In this document: positions 61,465 through 64,000 of the stretch, piece after piece
Layout of the letters: each line of letters begins with the position of its first letter
How positions within the stretch are numbered: position 1 is the first letter of the stretch
Origin: Phycisphaerales bacterium
GTDB taxonomy: Bacteria > Planctomycetota > Phycisphaerae > Phycisphaerales > UBA1924
Assembly (NCBI GenBank): GCA_041987545.1
Contig: JBHIWH010000006.1
Span: 100,078 to 164,077 of the forward strand
Direction of reading: 5' to 3'
Length of the DNA stretch: 64,000 nucleotides
Translations under genes and position numbers: made by a program
The notes under the pieces: generated by a model
Told to the model about the DNA's origin: nothing
Seen by the model: only the letters and a program-made list of their open reading frames with translations
Database searches by the model: none

Positions 61465-63741
61465 TCAGTCGTCCGTGGAGATCTGGCCCCGCTCCGAGGG
61501 CGAGAGCTTGCGGCGGCCTCTGGCGTACAGGCCCCGGGGCGCCGCGGGCTTGGCGGGTTCGGCCGCGGCGGGCGTGGGAGCCGCGGGGGCGGCGTTGCCT
61601 GACGGCTGCTCGCTCGGCGCGTCCTTGGACTTGGACCCGCCGCGGCGGCGGCGACGCTTCTTCTTCTTGGTCTGCGCGCCGGCGTCGTCGGGGTCGACCT
61701 CGGTCTCGGCGCGGGGCTCGTTCTCGGTGGCGTCCGACGCGCCGCCGTCGCTATGGGCGTCGGCGCCCTCGTCGGCGCCCTCGCCCCCGGACTTGCGGCG
61801 GCCCCGGCGTCGGCGGCGGCGCTTCTTCTTCGGCTTGTCGGGATCGGCCGCGTCGTCGGCCTGGTTCGCGGCCGCGTCCTCGGTCTGGGACTCGGACGCC
61901 GCGGGATCGGTCGAGGACTCGGGCTTCGCCTCGCCCTCGCCCGAGGCCTCGTCGTCGCCCCCGCTCTTCCTGCGTCGGCGGCGTCGGCGGCGGCGCTTCT
62001 TCTTGGGTTTGTCGTCATCGTCGTCGAGGTCGTCGTCGAAGGGCTCGAACTCGACGCCCTCGGCCTCGGCGCGGGCGAGGGCGAGCTCGGCGGTCGCGGC
62101 GACGGAGGCGGCCTCGGCGGCCTCCTCCTTCATGTCTACGGCCCACGACTCCTCGTCGTCGCCCGCGGCCTGGGCCGCCGAGCCCCACTCGAGCGTCTCG
62201 GGCTTGGCCTTGAGCTTGGGCAGCTTCTCGATGTCCACGTCCGAGCCGGACTCGTCGTAGGCGTACATCGCGAAGCGGTCGGGCGGGAGCGTCTCGGAGA
62301 CGCGGACGTCCATGTGCTTGCCGGAGATCAGCTCGAGGCGCGTCATCGTCGCCCGCGAGTGGCTGAGCAGGGCGCCCGCGACGCGGGGCGAGACAACCAG
62401 CTCGACCTTGGCGATCTTGTCCCGGTCGAGCAGGGCGGCCAGCTCGCGGAGTGCGGTGGCGGCGACGGACTCCGGGCGGCGGAGCAGGCCGCGGCCCCGG
62501 CAGGTCGTGCAGGTCGCGAAGTGCAGGGATTCCTGCGAGCCCCGCATGCGCTGGCGGGTGAGCTCGAGGATGCCGAACTGGCTGATGGGCAGGACGGTCG
62601 TGCGTGCCCGGTCCTTCTTGAAGCGGTCCTTGAAGAGGTTCTCGATCTCCTTGCGGTGCGAGGCGAAGCGCATGTCGATCAGGTCGCAGACGACGAGGCC
62701 GCCCAGGTCGCGGAGGCGGAGCTGGCGGCAGATCTCGTCGGCGGCCTCGAGGTTGGTGCGGTAGGCGTTGGTCTCGGCGTCGCGGGCGGAGCGGGACTTG
62801 CCCGAGTTGACGTCGATGGCGACCAGGGCCTCGGTCTCGTCGATGACCAGGCGACCGCCCGAGGGGAGTGGGACCTCGCGGGCGTGGATGGTCTGGATCT
62901 GGTCCTCGATGCCGAAGGCGTGGAAGATCGGGGCCTTGCCCGTGTACTGGACGAGGCGGGCCTGCGTGCGCGGGGCGACGATCTTGAGGAAGCCGGCGGC
63001 GCGGTGCAGGGCCGACTCGTTGTCGATGACGACCTGCTCGACGTCCGAGGTCACCAGGTCGCGGATGGAGCGGACGAGCAGGTCAGACTCGGAGTAGAGC
63101 AGGCGGGGCTTCTTGCCGCTGGCCCGGCGCCGCTCCATGTCCTTCCAGAGCCGGTGGAGGTAGGCGAGGTCGCGCTTGAGCTCGGTCTTGGTGCGGCCCA
63201 TGCCGGCGGTGCGGAGGATGAACCCGAAGCCGTCGGGGAGCTCGAGCGAGTTGAGGACTTCCCTCGCCTCGCGGCGCTTGTCGTCGTCCTCCTCCTTGCG
63301 GGAGACGCCGACGCGGTCCATGTCGGGCATCATGACGATGTAGCGCCCGGGGATGGACAGGTAGCTGGTCAGGGTCGGTCCCTTGGTGCCGACGCCCTCC
63401 TTGAGGACCTGGACGACGACCTCCTGGCCGCGCTTCAGGCACTCCTGGATCGGGGGGCGGGAGCGGCGGGGGATCTTCTTGCCGACGCGTTCGGTGGTGT
63501 CCTCGTCCTCGCCCGGGAAGTAGCGGGGGTGGAGGTCGGAGACGTGGAGGAAGCCGTTGTCCTCGACGCCGAAGTCGACGAAGGCGGCCTGGATGGCGGG
63601 CTCGACGTTGGTGACCTTGCCGACGTAGATGTTGTTGACGCGGGAGACCTGGGTGGTGGGCTCGGAGAAGAACTCCTCGAGGCGCCCGTCCTCGACGATG
63701 GCGAGGCGGCAGTCGCCGCCGGGGTTGTAGTTGATGAGCAT
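61465..63741 (-). CDS. rne: ribonuclease E/G family endoribonuclease with a long low-complexity C-terminal tail; possibly N-terminally longer
   Basis: The S1 domain is NIYVGKVTNVEPAIQAAFVDFG, the catalytic core is ETEALVAIDVNSGK and the Zn-link is CTTCRGRG. The C-terminal tail carries three Arg-rich blocks. The reading frame stays open upstream of ATG 63741 to the window end and encodes K/A/S/D/E-rich sequence. Confidence 0.88.
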   Translation of the reverse strand: MLINYNPGGDCRLAIVEDGRLEEFFSEPTTQVSRVNNIYVGKVTNVEPAIQAAFVDFGVEDNGFLHVSDLHPRYFPGEDEDTTERVGKKIPRRSRPPIQECLKRGQEVVVQVLKEGVGTKGPTLTSYLSIPGRYIVMMPDMDRVGVSRKEEDDDKRREAREVLNSLELPDGFGFILRTAGMGRTKTELKRDLAYLHRLWKDMERRRASGKKPRLLYSESDLLVRSIRDLVTSDVEQVVIDNESALHRAAGFLKIVAPRTQARLVQYTGKAPIFHAFGIEDQIQTIHAREVPLPSGGRLVIDETEALVAIDVNSGKSRSARDAETNAYRTNLEAADEICRQLRLRDLGGLVVCDLIDMRFASHRKEIENLFKDRFKKDRARTTVLPISQFGILELTRQRMRGSQESLHFATCTTCRGRGLLRRPESVAATALRELAALLDRDKIAKVELVVSPRVAGALLSHSRATMTRLELISGKHMDVRVSETLPPDRFAMYAYDESGSDVDIEKLPKLKAKPETLEWGSAAQAAGDDEESWAVDMKEEAAEAASVAATAELALARAEAEGVEFEPFDDDLDDDDDKPKKKRRRRRRRRRKSGGDDEASGEGEAKPESSTDPAASESQTEDAAANQADDAADPDKPKKKRRRRRRGRRKSGGEGADEGADAHSDGGASDATENEPRAETEVDPDDAGAQTKKKKRRRRRGGSKSKDAPSEQPSGNAAPAAPTPAAAEPAKPAAPRGLYARGRRKLSPSERGQISTDD

Positions 63742-64000
63742 CCGGGCGCCGCCGGCGGGCTCGGACGCCTTGGCCGCCGGCTTCTTGGCCGCGGACTTCT
63801 TGGAGCGGGACTTCTTCTTGGAGGCGGTCTTCTTGGCCGGGGCCTTGCCGTCCTCGGCCTCGTCGCCCTCGGCGCCGCCGTCCTCGTCCTTGCCGGCGGC
63901 GGCCTTCTTCTTCGAGGACTTGCGGCCCGAGCGCTTCCGCTTGGGCTTGGCGGGCGCGTCGTCCTCGGCCGGGGCGTCGCCGCCGTCATCGGCCGAGTCG

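Noticed and set aside
1-64000. CRISPR arrays, rRNA, tRNA, tmRNA, RNase P, transposases and IS elements.
   Set aside because: Scanning the intergenic gaps showed no regularly spaced direct repeats with unique spacers, no tRNA-like T-arm/acceptor patterns and no transposase or integrase-like ORFs. Apart from the flagged gaps (14091-14532, 17474-17659, 21238-21512, 25003-25238, 35037-35232, 50597-50947), the remaining gaps are about 110 nt or shorter. This was a visual check only, with no tRNAscan or Infernal run.

Overview
This is a very GC-rich (about 70% by eye) bacterial chromosomal segment. All calls rest on reading the six-frame translations and the DNA; no searches were run. I call about 50 protein-coding genes and found no rRNA, tRNA, CRISPR array, transposase or integrase. 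The gene content points to a Planctomycetota/Phycisphaerae-like organism (inference): LptF/G permeases, many polysaccharide genes, ECF sigma factors, a Ser/Thr kinase with TPR repeats, and secreted proteins ending in Cys-bracketed dockerin-like tandem repeats. Layout, left to right:
- ybeY fragment, a CNNM/CorC-type protein and cysS.
- A small four-helix-bundle gene bracketed by 36-bp inverted repeats.
- An lptF/G - GT39 - PAP2 - lptF/G envelope block, then a GH57 enzyme.
- A tail-fibre-like secreted protein, an atypical sigma-like protein and mqnA.
- A NeuD-type acetyltransferase and fcl.
- A ~12.6-kb acidic/pyruvylated polysaccharide locus (22.4-35.0 kb) that includes a flippase-GT2 fusion.
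- sdhCAB.
- An ECF sigma / ZAS anti-sigma / spondin operon.
- An EEP-dockerin protein next to a kinase, then gmd.
- A UbiA (DPPR-synthase-like) / GT-C-like / methyltransferase group.
- A large zinc metalloprotease.
- A tight minus-strand string rne-dxr-(TPR-GT41 x2)-(sulfotransferase x2), facing a third sulfotransferase-like gene.

Many neighbouring genes overlap by 4 nt (ATGA, GTGA or TTGA), which suggests translational coupling. The best candidates for something undescribed are:
- the inverted-repeat-bracketed four-helix-bundle cassette (3135-3587);
- the shared dockerin-like anchoring module on three unrelated secreted proteins;
- the GT41/sulfotransferase cluster (54.2-60.2 kb);
- the Wzx-GT2 fusion;
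- the multi-HTH sigma-like protein.

Most long ORFs in the supplied track are off-frame artefacts of GC-rich DNA and were rejected.
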